From contig CAZTHV010000001.1 in the NCBI GenBank assembly GCA_964613165.1, positions 1-47,685 on the forward strand: a stretch of 47,685 bases of DNA. Direction: 5' to 3'. This stretch comes from an uncultured Marmoricola sp. (GTDB taxonomy: Bacteria; Actinomycetota; Actinomycetes; Propionibacteriales; Nocardioidaceae). How positions within the stretch are numbered: the first letter of the stretch is position 1; each line of letters begins with the position of its first letter. Below the pieces are notes generated by a model, which ran no database searches, was not told the origin of the DNA, and worked only from the letters and a program-made list of their open reading frames with translations. Made by a program: the position numbers and the translations under genes. This document shows, piece after piece, positions 47,413-47,685 of the stretch.

Positions 47413-47625
47413 ATGGGCAACGACATCGCACGCGCAGCGCAGATCGCGCTCACCCTGGTCGACGTCGCCACCCGCGCGCTGACCGCCCACAGCAAGGTCA
47501 TCTCGATCGTCGAGAAGGCCAACGCCGAAGGCCGCACGGAACTCTCGCCAGACGAGTGGGCAGTCCTCCTGGAGGCGGACGACGCCGCCCGCGGCCGGCT
47601 CGCCACCCTGCTGGGCAAGGTGTGA
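47413..47625 (+). CDS. hypothetical protein
   Basis: AGGAGG RBS, 70 aa. Confidence 0.6.
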   Translation: MGNDIARAAQIALTLVDVATRALTAHSKVISIVEKANAEGRTELSPDEWAVLLEADDAARGRLATLLGKV

Positions 47626-47685
47626 GCCGCCGACGACTGGACCTGGTCGCCGTCCACTGGCTCGACGCGGCGACCACCGACGGTT
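47622..47685 (+). CDS. 5' part of a hypothetical gene that continues in frame at position 1 (to 302)
   Basis: VSRRRLDLVAVHWLDAATTDG joined to F-ASDVYTVGFLVRESDKVVVVAST; the GTG overlaps the upstream TGA. Confidence 0.6.
   Translation, partial: MSRRRLDLVAVHWLDAATTDG

Larger units (their letters stand above)
1..47685. mobile_element. Temperate podovirus genome, apparently complete and circularly permuted (BPP-1/BcepC6B-like gene order)
   Basis: Integrase, attP, repressor, PolA replication module, terminase, portal, capsid, tail tubular and ejection proteins and lysis genes are all present. No host genes. The end joins the start in frame. Confidence 0.93.

Overview
This window looks like an essentially complete, circularly permuted ~47.7-kb GC-rich temperate podovirus genome with a BPP-1/BcepC6B/APSE-like layout and a probable proteobacterial host. 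The last ORF reads in frame into base 1. The left arm (minus strand) holds a tyrosine integrase with an attP containing the 5' half of tRNA-Ser(GCT), surface-modification morons, nucleotide enzymes, an SNF2 helicase, VRR-NUC, family A DNA polymerase, SSB, a DUF2800 nuclease, many small early genes and a CI-like repressor. The right arm (plus strand) holds primase-helicase, an AT-rich ori-like tract, terminase, portal, capsid, tail and ejection proteins (one of 3068 aa with several enzyme domains), tail fibre, lysis genes and a T5 A1-like phosphoesterase. Most notable: (1) a TIGR-Tas-like RNA-guided locus at 15242-16930, with a nuclease-less Nop/IS110-like protein, four stem-loop CCA-N9-TG-N4-CCA-N9-TG guide units (one inside the Tas coding sequence) and an unknown coupled partner gene; (2) about 17 copies of a palindrome GGTAGC-N4-GCTACC, mostly oriented with transcription and often overlapping promoters; (3) a probable overprinted gene inside the giant ejection protein. 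All protein calls come from motif recognition by eye, not database searches.
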